Origin: a virus | Virus record (IMG/VR): IMGVR_UViG_3300043570_000570 | Location: 32,001-96,000 of that record | Direction: 5' to 3' (one strand) | Length of the DNA stretch: 64,000 nt | Shown here: in pieces, positions 38,894-47,489 of the stretch | Layout: the number at the start of each line of letters is the position of its first letter | Numbering within the stretch: the first letter of the stretch is position 1 | The notes under the pieces: generated by a model | Database searches by the model: none | Seen by the model: only the letters and a program-made list of their open reading frames with translations | What the model was told of the DNA's origin: nothing | Translations under genes and position numbers: made by a program

Positions 38894-39451
38894 TTATTTA
38901 ATGTCTTCTGATTTAATCAAAGTGTAGGTAAAAGAATCTCCCTGTAATTTAGCACCTTTCTCGCAGATTGCAAGAAATTTATCAAAATCAGCAATCTTTT
39001 TAAACACCTGGCAACCATGTGACCAGTCGCCAACTTGCTGACTATCAACTCCTGCTTTGTGAATGTTGATACCAAATACACCAGTCTCAGTTTTATCTTC
39101 TTGGTATACTCCGTCTTTAGTATAGTCACGGAATACAGTAAGAGGAGCTTTCTGCTTAAGACACTTGTATTTACCTTGGTGAAGACCTACACCATGTGAT
39201 CCTGGATATTGTCCTGGTTTAACACGAGCAGTTCCACCACCGTTATCTGTGGTACAAGGCCAGATATGGAACTTCCATTCTCCGCCTTCTTTATAGCTCA
39301 AAGTCATCCAATCATCAAATGCATTGGTAACTTTTTGTCCTGTAGCACTATTACGAATACCAATTACATTGATATTAAATTCTCCGTTCTCGAAGTATTT
39401 GTGCCCTTTAGCTTTAACAGCTGCTTCGATTTGTTCTCTAGTAAAACTCAT
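38894..39451 (-). CDS. Probable endolysin with L,D-transpeptidase-like catalytic motif
   Basis: FGINIHKAG...WSHGCQVF...FTYTLI; adjacent to a holin-like gene. Confidence 0.65.
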   Translation of the reverse strand: MSFTREQIEAAVKAKGHKYFENGEFNINVIGIRNSATGQKVTNAFDDWMTLSYKEGGEWKFHIWPCTTDNGGGTARVKPGQYPGSHGVGLHQGKYKCLKQKAPLTVFRDYTKDGVYQEDKTETGVFGINIHKAGVDSQQVGDWSHGCQVFKKIADFDKFLAICEKGAKLQGDSFTYTLIKSEDIK

Positions 39452-39493
39452 AGTATTTTATATTTTAGTTTATAGTTTATAGTTTATAGTAAA

Positions 39494-39742
39494 TTAATCT
39501 TCGCTAGGTGCTTCTGGCTTCTTCATAATCTTCTCAACAGAAGTCAAACCTAAACAACCAAAAGCCAACAAAGCAACTGCATCCACCAAAGGAACAGAAG
39601 GAGCAAAGTGAGCTTCGGTAAAAGAGTTAGCGTACAATGTAGCGCATAGTGTAACTGTGCATGCTAATCCGCACAATCGTTTCATGGAGACAACACCCTT
39701 CTCATCTTTGAAGAGTCCGCCAATAAAGTTTAATAGTTTCAT
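39494..39742 (-). CDS. Holin-like two-TM protein
   Basis: SMKRLCG + two TM helices + LGLTSVEK; next to endolysin. Confidence 0.55.
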   Translation of the reverse strand: MKLLNFIGGLFKDEKGVVSMKRLCGLACTVTLCATLYANSFTEAHFAPSVPLVDAVALLAFGCLGLTSVEKIMKKPEAPSED

Positions 39743-39880
39743 ATGTTACCTTTTTTATTCTTTAAGAATTTAATAATGTCTTCTATGACCCACTTAGAAA
39801 GTAGGACAGTGAGAAAAACAGTTAAACTCACCAATACAGTAATATCTGAGAAAATGTTCAAAGCAACTTCGGACTTTCAT
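39739..39880 (-). pseudogene. Small TM protein with apparent frameshift just after ATG
   Basis: ATG-AAA-G then, in the +1 frame, (K)SEVALNIFSDITVLVSLTVFLTVLLSKWVIEDIIKFLKNKKGNI*, whose stop overlaps the holin ATG; promoter at 39914-39943. Confidence 0.35.
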
Positions 39881-40010
39881 AGATAGTAGAGGTGAGAAAA
39901 GGTTGGTTATGGGCAAAGATAAAACTTTAAAAAAATAAGTCAACTGCTTAACTATAAAACAAAAAACCCCCAGATTTCTCTGAGGGTCTTAATAAATTAC
40001 TTAATGTTAA

Positions 40011-40304
40011 TTAAAGTACTTCTGCTTGCGTAAAGGGAACAACAGGGGTCTCATCAGACTCAGTAGCAATGTGCTCATAAGTCTCCAAGTTGATTTGACC
40101 TTTACCGTAGGTCTCTTCAATCTTCTTAAAGAATTCGGTTTGTTCTTTGTTTACTTCTTTCATTATGTCCATTACTTGAGCTTTTACAGACTCAAGATCA
40201 GACAATTGAAGTTCAATTTTACCCAAGTCCATAATTACGTTCTGGGTTTTCTGTTGGAAGCCTTTGATTGCTTCGATTTCTTGTTGGTTTAATTTAGTTG
40301 CCAT
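40011..40304 (-). CDS. Coiled-coil protein (possible fibre chaperone)
   Basis: LGKIEL...IEETYGKGQINLET; followed by terminator hairpin 39961-39990. Confidence 0.5.
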   Translation of the reverse strand: MATKLNQQEIEAIKGFQQKTQNVIMDLGKIELQLSDLESVKAQVMDIMKEVNKEQTEFFKKIEETYGKGQINLETYEHIATESDETPVVPFTQAEVL

Positions 40305-40382
40305 AGTATCTTTAATATAAATTTAGTTGGTTTATGCAAATATAATTCCTTTTGATAGATTAATGACAAATTGTCTAAACAA

Positions 40383-40670
40383 TTAAGCTTTTTCTAAGCC
40401 CAATTCTTCGATAGACCAATCAGCAATTACTGAATCATCAGTACCCCAAGTAGATACAATTGCTTCAGGAACGCTTAAGTTACCTTCTGTCAAAGTGGCA
40501 CCTACGCTTACTACTTCAACTCCTTCAGAGTCAGTAGAGGTAGATTCAGCTTTGATAGCCCAGTACAAAGAGATGCTACTAGGAAAAAGAGAGAAAGAAA
40601 GAACTGTTAAGTCCAAGTACTCGCCAGCACCTTTACCAGGTACGTTAACGGATTTAATTTTTGTTGCCAT
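40383..40670 (-). CDS. Tail-fibre-associated small protein
   Basis: EGNLSV...WGTDDS...LGL motif. Confidence 0.5.
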   Translation of the reverse strand: MATKIKSVNVPGKGAGEYLDLTVLSFSLFPSSISLYWAIKAESTSTDSEGVEVVSVGATLTEGNLSVPEAIVSTWGTDDSVIADWSIEELGLEKA

Positions 40671-40736
40671 AGGTATAAAAGAATTATATAATATTTATTT
40701 TACAGTTTAAATTTATAAAAATAAGTCAAGCACTAA

Positions 40737-40811
40737 TTACACCAAAAGAAAGGTCAGCATAATGACTGACGCAATTATCAAAGCGATCCAACTACGACCG
40801 CTTAGTTTCAC
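40737..40811 (-). pseudogene. 24-codon remnant of a histidine-kinase N-terminus
   Basis: MKLSGRSWIALIIASVIMLTFLLV* vs kinase N-terminus MKLSIRSKVSVVIASVIMLAYL (45274-46476). Confidence 0.65.
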
Positions 40812-41149
40812 AAAGTGATGATTTCTACCTGTGTTGGATAAATCAAATCCAAAGCATTGAATACTGCGTTCACCAAAAGCACTTCGGCTGATTTGGTTTC
40901 GTAATCCGCAACACTCAACTCCAACCCTGAGAAAGTAGTGTTAAAATCCTCAATCCCTTGAATCGGTGCTTTGCCTTCTGCCAATGCTTGTACACTTGCA
41001 AAAACAAATGTTGCGATTTGGGCGGGGATGATTCCGTCTTTTTGACTTTTTACATCTGCGTAACCTTCTGCGATTACAACGATTGAACCCGATGGGATTG
41101 ATAAACCGCTTGTAAGGTTTACGCTTGTATTGATTTGAATTGCTTTCAT
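40808..41149 (-). CDS. Fibre-associated hypothetical protein
   Basis: Directly downstream of the fibre gene, same atypical codon usage. Confidence 0.55.
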   Translation of the reverse strand: MKAIQINTSVNLTSGLSIPSGSIVVIAEGYADVKSQKDGIIPAQIATFVFASVQALAEGKAPIQGIEDFNTTFSGLELSVADYETKSAEVLLVNAVFNALDLIYPTQVEIITL

Positions 41150-41170
41150 ATATTTACAAAATTAAGTGTT

Positions 41171-42667
41171 TTACGCTAAAAGGATTTTTTGTGCTACCCC
41201 GTTAATTATTACATCCCAAGTTTTTGTTTGTAATGCGGTTGCAGTTGTTACTGCACCTGCGTTTGTTCCTGTACTACCGAACACACATTGGTTTGCTGCG
41301 GTTGCAGTTGCGTCTTTACCAAGAATTACGCTTCCACTAAAATTACCGCTTTGACAATTTTCGCCAATAGCGGTATTTGAATTTCCTGTAGTGTTGTTTG
41401 ACAATGCTTGTCTGCCTACTGCGGTATTAAAAGCACCCGTAGTTGAAGTTAACGCCGCATAACCTAATCCTGTATTTCTTGAACCTGCCGCACCTGCTAA
41501 CGCCTGATAACCTAATGCTGTAGTTTGAGTTCCTGTGGTAATATTAAGTCCTGCTTGATAACCTACTGCGGTATTTTCACCTCCCGTACTTAAAAGCAAA
41601 GATTGATAACCAATTGCGGTTACACCCGTGCCTGTGGAGTTGGCTTTTGCGGCTTCATAACCAACTGCCGTATTATTCTCACCTGCGTTATTAAACAACG
41701 ATGAATGACCGATTGCCGTACTTTTCGCACCTCCGCCTTGTCTTAGCGCCTGATAACCAATAGCGGTAATTCCCGAACCAAAAACATTGGAAAACGCTGC
41801 CTCATAACCTACCGCCACATTGCTTGTTCCATTTTGGTTTGAATTCATACTACTAAATCCAAATGCAGTATTATAAACGCCTGTGTTGTTTGCATTTAAA
41901 GAAGATTGACCCATTGCAGTATTGCCCGAACCCGTGCTATTGGCAATTAAAGCCAATCTACCAAATGCCGTGTTTGATGCTATTGCGTTTTTCCCTAAAT
42001 TGTAAACGCTGCCATCATCAGTTACTTGCAAACTTGCAACTCCGCTACTATTCTGTACCAAAAGCGATGTAGTGGCGGATGTTGAGCCACTGCCACGAAC
42101 TTGTAAACGAGCGGTAGGTGCTGATTGTTGACCAATGTATACACCTTCGGGGTAAAGTCTACCACCGCCTGACCCTTGATAGTTAGCCCATTGCATTGCA
42201 TATGTACCAACACCCGAACCCGCATTTAATAACATACCAAATCCACCCGCATTTGTATTTCGTAACCGAGCAAATACATCACCATTGATATTTTGCGAAA
42301 CATCTAATCCACAAAGTGGCGAATTAGTCCCAACTCCCAACCTATTATTGGTATCATCCCAAAAGAAGTTAGCGGCATCACTTGAAAATGCAGAGCCATC
42401 GCTGAACTGAATTGCACCTGCGACTCCGCTTGGGTTTGCTGCGATTGTTATGTTGCCACTTCCCAACAAACTTGTTGAGTTTATTGTCTTGATATTCGTT
42501 CCCGAAACAAGTGAATCTTGTTTGGTAGCAAGAGCCGTAAGAGCAGGAAGAGAGATAGGAAGGTTGTCTAGCTTTACCTTCTTAGTTAGGTCGTTAGCTA
42601 TATCTACTGTTACAAGTAAGTCGTTACCTGTTGGAGCAATTAACTCTGGAAAGTCTGTTATTCTCAT
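41171..42667 (-). CDS. Tail fibre / receptor-binding protein with NTAxG beta-roll repeats
   Basis: KQDSLVSGTNIKTIN module, FFWDDTNNRLGVGT, and many NTA(V/F/I)GYxAL repeats (YadA-head-like). Confidence 0.75.
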   Translation of the reverse strand: MRITDFPELIAPTGNDLLVTVDIANDLTKKVKLDNLPISLPALTALATKQDSLVSGTNIKTINSTSLLGSGNITIAANPSGVAGAIQFSDGSAFSSDAANFFWDDTNNRLGVGTNSPLCGLDVSQNINGDVFARLRNTNAGGFGMLLNAGSGVGTYAMQWANYQGSGGGRLYPEGVYIGQQSAPTARLQVRGSGSTSATTSLLVQNSSGVASLQVTDDGSVYNLGKNAIASNTAFGRLALIANSTGSGNTAMGQSSLNANNTGVYNTAFGFSSMNSNQNGTSNVAVGYEAAFSNVFGSGITAIGYQALRQGGGAKSTAIGHSSLFNNAGENNTAVGYEAAKANSTGTGVTAIGYQSLLLSTGGENTAVGYQAGLNITTGTQTTALGYQALAGAAGSRNTGLGYAALTSTTGAFNTAVGRQALSNNTTGNSNTAIGENCQSGNFSGSVILGKDATATAANQCVFGSTGTNAGAVTTATALQTKTWDVIINGVAQKILLA

Positions 42668-42722
42668 TTAGTTTAGTTTTTAATTATACTTTAATTATAC
42701 TTTAGTTGTACTTTAGTTACAC

Positions 42723-43370
42723 TTAAGCAGTATAGGTTCTAGTGTATGATGTTATGGCTGCTCCTTTAGCAAGAATAGGCATTAGATTAGTTCTGTTGTA
42801 GAAGCTACTTGTTAGGCTTTTTCCTGAAGAGTCACTTATAGGTACTCTAGCCTCGTAAGTATATGTAGGCATTTCTATAGGTTGGTAGCTTTGAGTTTGG
42901 ATAGATTCGTTACTTTGGCTCTTCAAGGAGACAAAGGATGGGCCAGATTGGCTTTCTATAGTAACCTCTTCGTAGGTTCCTTGTGTAGTTATAGTTAAGA
43001 AAGCCTGACTCTGTAATTCTCCTTCAGCATAGTTTCTTATTGCTTCTTCTACGTATTCTGCTTGTGTGTAGGTACCTTCAAATAAAACTGTGTTTAATGG
43101 AAGAGAGTTATTTGCTAAGAGATTAGATTCTATGTAGATCTCTACAAATAGTTCAAAATCTTTGGGGTTTCTTATTTTATTTCCTGTCTTAACTTTAAGT
43201 TTAGTTTTAGTGCTATCTAAAGTTATTTGAGGATGAAAACTGCCTATTAAAGTAAACTTCAACCTACTTAAGTCTGCATTGTTTAAATAAACAGACTTAG
43301 GTTTATCTTTTATTACAAGAGACAGTAGGTTTTCTAGAAAATTATTAGATATAGTATATCTAGTAGACAT
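42723..43370 (-). CDS. Hypothetical protein
   Basis: 215-aa ORF with promoter at 43396-43425. Confidence 0.5.
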   Translation of the reverse strand: MSTRYTISNNFLENLLSLVIKDKPKSVYLNNADLSRLKFTLIGSFHPQITLDSTKTKLKVKTGNKIRNPKDFELFVEIYIESNLLANNSLPLNTVLFEGTYTQAEYVEEAIRNYAEGELQSQAFLTITTQGTYEEVTIESQSGPSFVSLKSQSNESIQTQSYQPIEMPTYTYEARVPISDSSGKSLTSSFYNRTNLMPILAKGAAITSYTRTYTA

Positions 43371-43476
43371 TAGTAGAGATCAATACGTATTATTACAAAG
43401 ATATAAAAATGCAAAATAAAGTCAAGGGAAGTGCATAGATGGGTAGCAGAAGATAGTAACTCTTACTACTATGATC

Positions 43477-44052
43477 TTACTTCTGAAACCTCAGATAATC
43501 TGTAGTACCTGGATCTTCGTTCTTGAAATAATAGACTTCCTTTACTTTACCGTACTTGATAGTCTTTAAAAATCCATCAGGGATAGTAGCTCCTGTTGGT
43601 AATCTTAAGCTAGTTTTAGAGTAGACCATCTTGATCTCTACCTCAACACTCTGACTCTTAGAAAGCTCTCTTTCTCTTACTTCTAATAGTCTCCAAGCTC
43701 CTCTGTTTAACTTCTCGTGCTGAAGAACACAGTTAAGGTAAGAAAAGGTTTGCCATAAGGTAGGTCTATCACAGTTAAAATCAGCTGCTGGAGCACAATG
43801 TCCCTTATCCCATACATTTCCTTCATAGTCTTTTCCGTCTGAAGTCTTAATAGAGTCGTTAGTGTAGAAGTCCATTCCCTTTCTAGGATAAGAACCCAAG
43901 GGACATTGGACAATGTACCAAACTCGCTTAGGCTGTTGTAAGATCTCTGAGTAAACACAAGAGTATATAGGAGTCTTTACAAAGACAGAGTCTCTCTGAG
44001 AGTAACTAGTACCTAGTACTAGAAAACTTAAAATAAAAAGTAATTGTTTCAT
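43477..44052 (-). CDS. Secreted DNA/RNA non-specific endonuclease (NucA/EndoG family)
   Basis: Signal peptide; WDKGHCAPAADF...TFSYLNCVLQ...LNRGAWRLLE. Confidence 0.85.
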   Translation of the reverse strand: MKQLLFILSFLVLGTSYSQRDSVFVKTPIYSCVYSEILQQPKRVWYIVQCPLGSYPRKGMDFYTNDSIKTSDGKDYEGNVWDKGHCAPAADFNCDRPTLWQTFSYLNCVLQHEKLNRGAWRLLEVRERELSKSQSVEVEIKMVYSKTSLRLPTGATIPDGFLKTIKYGKVKEVYYFKNEDPGTTDYLRFQK

Positions 44053-44079
44053 TGTTTAATTTTTTAGTTGTTTCATTGT

Positions 44080-44247
44080 TTAATTAAAAGTGTTTCTGTC
44101 TTTCTTAGCAAACGCTTGATCTATAAAAAAAGTTAGACCAAACATAATAATAATAGTCATTGCTGCATTAAAGACGCTTACAACATACATCTCTGCTTCT
44201 TTAGAAGTTTCTACTACTGATAGTAACGTGGATAAAATTAGTGTCAT
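44080..44247 (-). CDS. 55-aa membrane peptide (not in track)
   Basis: MTLILSTLLSVVETSKEAEMYVVSVFNAAMTIIIMFGLTFFIDQAFAKKDRNTFN*; ATG overlaps the upstream stop. Confidence 0.45.
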   Translation of the reverse strand: MTLILSTLLSVVETSKEAEMYVVSVFNAAMTIIIMFGLTFFIDQAFAKKDRNTFN

Positions 44248-44828
44248 TTTTTTGAGTCTTTTGAATCTTTTGAATCTTTGGAGTCTTTTGAATCTGTCAT
44301 GTGTTTAACTCCCATTATTGTTCCGATAATAGAAAAACAGTTGGTTAGAATAATACCAAACATATTACTCCAGGTACTCTCGATGATCTTAGAGTCTAGT
44401 CCTCTGCTTAGTACGAAAAGATAAAGTACAGTAGTAAGTATACAAACAGCACCTACAGCTCCCAAAGCTACCTTTACTATCAAACCAATAAGCTCAAACT
44501 GGGTTTTTTTCTGAAGTGTTTCTAAATCATCAACTGCCAATTCTCTCAACTTCTCAGACTCAGACAAAGCCTGCTTTAGTTCAAGCATTAGTTTTTCTTT
44601 CTCTGCTTGGCTCTCTATTAGGTCTTTGTTCTGGGACTGTACTTGCTTAGTTACTTCTAGTCTTTTTCTACGAGTGTCTTGGTCTTTGGTCTTAGCCTCG
44701 TCTAAGTAGTCTTGAAAGTTTTTATCCTGAGTTTTTACTACCTTAAGTAAGTTTCCCTCTAATGCAATCTTCTTAGATTTGTAGAGGGAGACAAGAGAGC
44801 TTTCAATATCTTTACCAAAGGATATCAC
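44244..44828 (-). CDS. Coiled-coil plus two-TM membrane protein coupled to the response regulator
   Basis: GTG start abuts the regulator stop; heptad region, two TM helices, DSK x4 tail. Confidence 0.7.
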   Translation of the reverse strand: MISFGKDIESSLVSLYKSKKIALEGNLLKVVKTQDKNFQDYLDEAKTKDQDTRRKRLEVTKQVQSQNKDLIESQAEKEKLMLELKQALSESEKLRELAVDDLETLQKKTQFELIGLIVKVALGAVGAVCILTTVLYLFVLSRGLDSKIIESTWSNMFGIILTNCFSIIGTIMGVKHMTDSKDSKDSKDSKDSKK

Positions 44829-45266
44829 TTACTTATATACTTTAAAGGAAGCAGTTTTATTCTTATACCCCTCATAGTCCTTACGAAAAGATTCTAGTCT
44901 AGGTTCAATCTCATCTGACTTGATGATCCAGAACTGAGCACCTACAGCTTTTGCTTTTTCTATTTCTTGTTTATCATCAGAACTAGAAATAATCCCTATC
45001 ACCACTCCGTTGCCGTACTCAAAGTTAATCTTACGAATCAACTCTATGCCGTCAAAAGAAGAACCAATAATATTAAGGTCTACAAAAACGCATTCAGGTC
45101 TTTCATCTGCAGGTCCTTCAACAAACCATCTCTTAAACAATCTATCAGCTTCATCAGAAGAAGTTAGAGTTTGCAGAGAAAGAGTAATGTCTAATAAGCT
45201 ACAAGAATCCTCAAACACTAAGTGAAAAAGGTCTTCGTCATCTACGAGTAATATTGAGTCTATCAT
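44829..45266 (-). CDS. Single-domain response regulator (REC)
   Basis: ILLVDD, phosphoacceptor VFVDLN, DGIELIRKI, IISSS, WIIK. Confidence 0.9.
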   Translation of the reverse strand: MIDSILLVDDEDLFHLVFEDSCSLLDITLSLQTLTSSDEADRLFKRWFVEGPADERPECVFVDLNIIGSSFDGIELIRKINFEYGNGVVIGIISSSDDKQEIEKAKAVGAQFWIIKSDEIEPRLESFRKDYEGYKNKTASFKVYK

Positions 45267-45273
45267 ATTTTGT

Positions 45274-46476
45274 TTATTTTACTTTTATCTTAAGTTTAGT
45301 TCCTGTTTCTGGTTCTTCTAGTTTCTCAGCTGTTACTTCAAACTTATGTTCTTCCATAATAGCTGTACATATGTTTAACCCTAGTCCTGTACCTGCCTCT
45401 GTCTGACCTTCTTTCCTCTTATAAGGCTTAGACCACTGTACAAAATCTTCCTGAGACATTCCCCTTCCATTATCTTCAATAACTAAAAAATTCCCTTCAG
45501 CAAAAATACGTACTAACTTAGTGCTAGAGTCGTTATATTTTAAACCGTTTCTTATTAAATTATCAATCGCTGTACAGAACAAAGATTCGTTTACTTCAAT
45601 CTCAGGTAACTCTTCAATAACTACTTGCTTCTCGTAAGAAGTAGAAGATAGGTAGCTGTGTAGAATGTCTTTTAGATTGTGTTGCTGAACCTCTAAGTGA
45701 GCATCTTGCTTAACCAAGTTAGTAAACTCTTTAACTCCGTTATAAACCTTTTGAGTGTGAATCAATCCTTCTGTAATCATTCTTAGCGGAGCATCTATCT
45801 TTAACTCTTTAATCTGCTCTTCAGTCAGTCTTCTTTTTAAGGAAGAAAGTCCCCTAGGAATATAAGTGTTAATTCCTGAGTGCATATCATGTCTTAAAAT
45901 CTTAGCAGCATGTTCCAAATAGGAATTCTTTTTAGCAACCTCTGCCTCAATTCTCTTTTTCTCAGTAATCTCCGTAGCAATTAAAAGAATTTTATAAACC
46001 TCTCCGTAAGGATCTTTAATAGGATTGAAGTTTCCATAAAGCCAAGTATTGCCAAACTCATACTCTCCTTGCTTGAAATAGCCTATTCTTAAATGTGTCC
46101 AGAACTCTAACCAATCTCTCTTAGAAGAGTTGTCTAACTCCCTATGACTTTTAACCTCACCAAATATTCGCTTAAACCTGTCATTCATACTTAACACTTC
46201 TCCATAAGTATCAAACTCTACTAGTAAGTTAGAATTATTAATTGCTTTAAAAGTAGCATCTACACTCTGAAACTTATACCTAGCTCTCCTTACAAACTCT
46301 ATAGCAGGATAAAAGAAAAAAGGTAAAAACCCTACTATACACCAATACCCTACTAAATCCCGCTGGTAACTAGAATCTGTGTACTTGAAAACAATAGCAC
46401 TCTGAAAACTTAAATAAGCCAACATTATCACAGAAGCAATAACAACTGATACCTTAGACCTTATACTTAGTTTCAT
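45274..46476 (-). CDS. Membrane sensor histidine kinase with PAS-like domain
   Basis: Two N-terminal TM; PAS/PAC-like segment (VEFDTYGEV...NFNPIKDPYGEVYKIL..ATEITEKK); H-box LRHDM; N-box IDNLIRNGLKY; G1 EDNGRG; G2 GTGLGL. Confidence 0.9.
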   Translation of the reverse strand: MKLSIRSKVSVVIASVIMLAYLSFQSAIVFKYTDSSYQRDLVGYWCIVGFLPFFFYPAIEFVRRARYKFQSVDATFKAINNSNLLVEFDTYGEVLSMNDRFKRIFGEVKSHRELDNSSKRDWLEFWTHLRIGYFKQGEYEFGNTWLYGNFNPIKDPYGEVYKILLIATEITEKKRIEAEVAKKNSYLEHAAKILRHDMHSGINTYIPRGLSSLKRRLTEEQIKELKIDAPLRMITEGLIHTQKVYNGVKEFTNLVKQDAHLEVQQHNLKDILHSYLSSTSYEKQVVIEELPEIEVNESLFCTAIDNLIRNGLKYNDSSTKLVRIFAEGNFLVIEDNGRGMSQEDFVQWSKPYKRKEGQTEAGTGLGLNICTAIMEEHKFEVTAEKLEEPETGTKLKIKVK

Positions 46477-46499
46477 CTTTTAAAGTTAATTGGATGACA

Positions 46500-46528
46500 C
46501 AAATATAAGCTAACTTTAAATAAATCAA
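46500..46528 (-). promoter_or_regulatory. Promoter of the two-component operon
   Basis: CAAATATA 46500-46507, CAA 46526-46528. Confidence 0.55.
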
Positions 46529-46552
46529 AGTCTTGTCTCTGAAAACTTATCT

Positions 46553-46752
46553 CCCCAAAATTTTTAGACCCCCCATCCCAAAATTTCTCCCAAAATTTTT
46601 TCTAAAATTTTTAGACCCCTAAAATTTTTTATGTTCATAGGAGGGTGGGACCAAAATTTTATACCCCCGTCAACTTGATTATATCTATATGAGGGTGGGG
46701 GACACCAATTTAACATACCCCATCCCAAAATTGGCGCTAGGGGTACCCCCTA
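46553..46752. repeat. CCCAAAATTT / C- and G-run repeat tract at the strand switch
   Basis: Repeated (C)CAAAATTT units, AAAATTTTTAGACCCC twice, GAGGGTGGG twice, palindrome TAGGGGTACCCCCTA. Confidence 0.7.
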
Positions 46753-46772
46753 TAAAACGCTATAAAAAAAAT

Positions 46773-47096
46773 ATGAAAACAAATCTAGACTTCGATGGTA
46801 AGACAATCAATGAGATTGGCTTAGAAATGACAAATGTGTTTCGTACACAAGGTGCAACAAAGGCTCCAGGCTTCAACATTCTCACGGGTGAGAAAGATGA
46901 ACAAGGCAAAGAGCAAGTGGTGTTTGTTTGGTTGAGTAAGAATTTGAATGCTCAATGGGAAGATGAACGCTTTAAAACGGTTGCTGGCAACTCAGTGGTT
47001 CTTGAAGTAACCTTCAAGGAAACAGGGCATAAGGCACTTGTTTGTTGTACTCCTCAAATCCGCAACAAAATGGCGGATGCAGAAGTGTGGGATTAA
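46773..47096 (+). CDS. First plus-strand (early) gene, hypothetical
   Basis: Likely start MKTNLDFDG after an A-rich leader; followed by hairpin GTGTGGG/CCCACAC. Confidence 0.6.
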   Translation: MKTNLDFDGKTINEIGLEMTNVFRTQGATKAPGFNILTGEKDEQGKEQVVFVWLSKNLNAQWEDERFKTVAGNSVVLEVTFKETGHKALVCCTPQIRNKMADAEVWD

Positions 47097-47489
47097 CCCA
47101 CACTTTGTGGGACAAAGGGTAACTTAACTGTTTAACCTTGCCATTTTACTGTGCATTCTTCTCATTTATCTATGAAATGATAGTTTTTTTGGTCTCAGCC
47201 CGGTAAATAACGAGACAAGACTAAAGAATTCTATCATTTTATGGTATATATGTAGTGGTAAATAGTGGGGAATCACTCCCTTCAATCTTCTATTTATCAC
47301 TTAAAAGTGGGTAATTGTGGGGTTGACATGGTACGTTATGAATAATTTGTTGTTCTTATGTTAAATTAGACAACTATTAACCTCTATAACCTCATTACCC
47401 TGTCTTATGCTTTTCTCTTATCTTCTCTTACGTAGTAATCATCATTAGCCTGATGATTCCTTAACTGATTCTAAGCGAACTTTACGCTT

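Noticed and set aside
41171-42667. Diversity-generating retroelement target
   Set aside because: No reverse transcriptase or TR/VR pair visible in the window.
46689-46772. N-terminal extension of ORF 46689-47096
   Set aside because: It runs through the repeat/palindrome tract; the ATG at 46773 has the typical A-rich leader.
47437-47480. CTGATGA hammerhead core
   Set aside because: It is the 3' arm of a simple hairpin (AATCATCA/TGATGATT); no stem II followed by GAAA.
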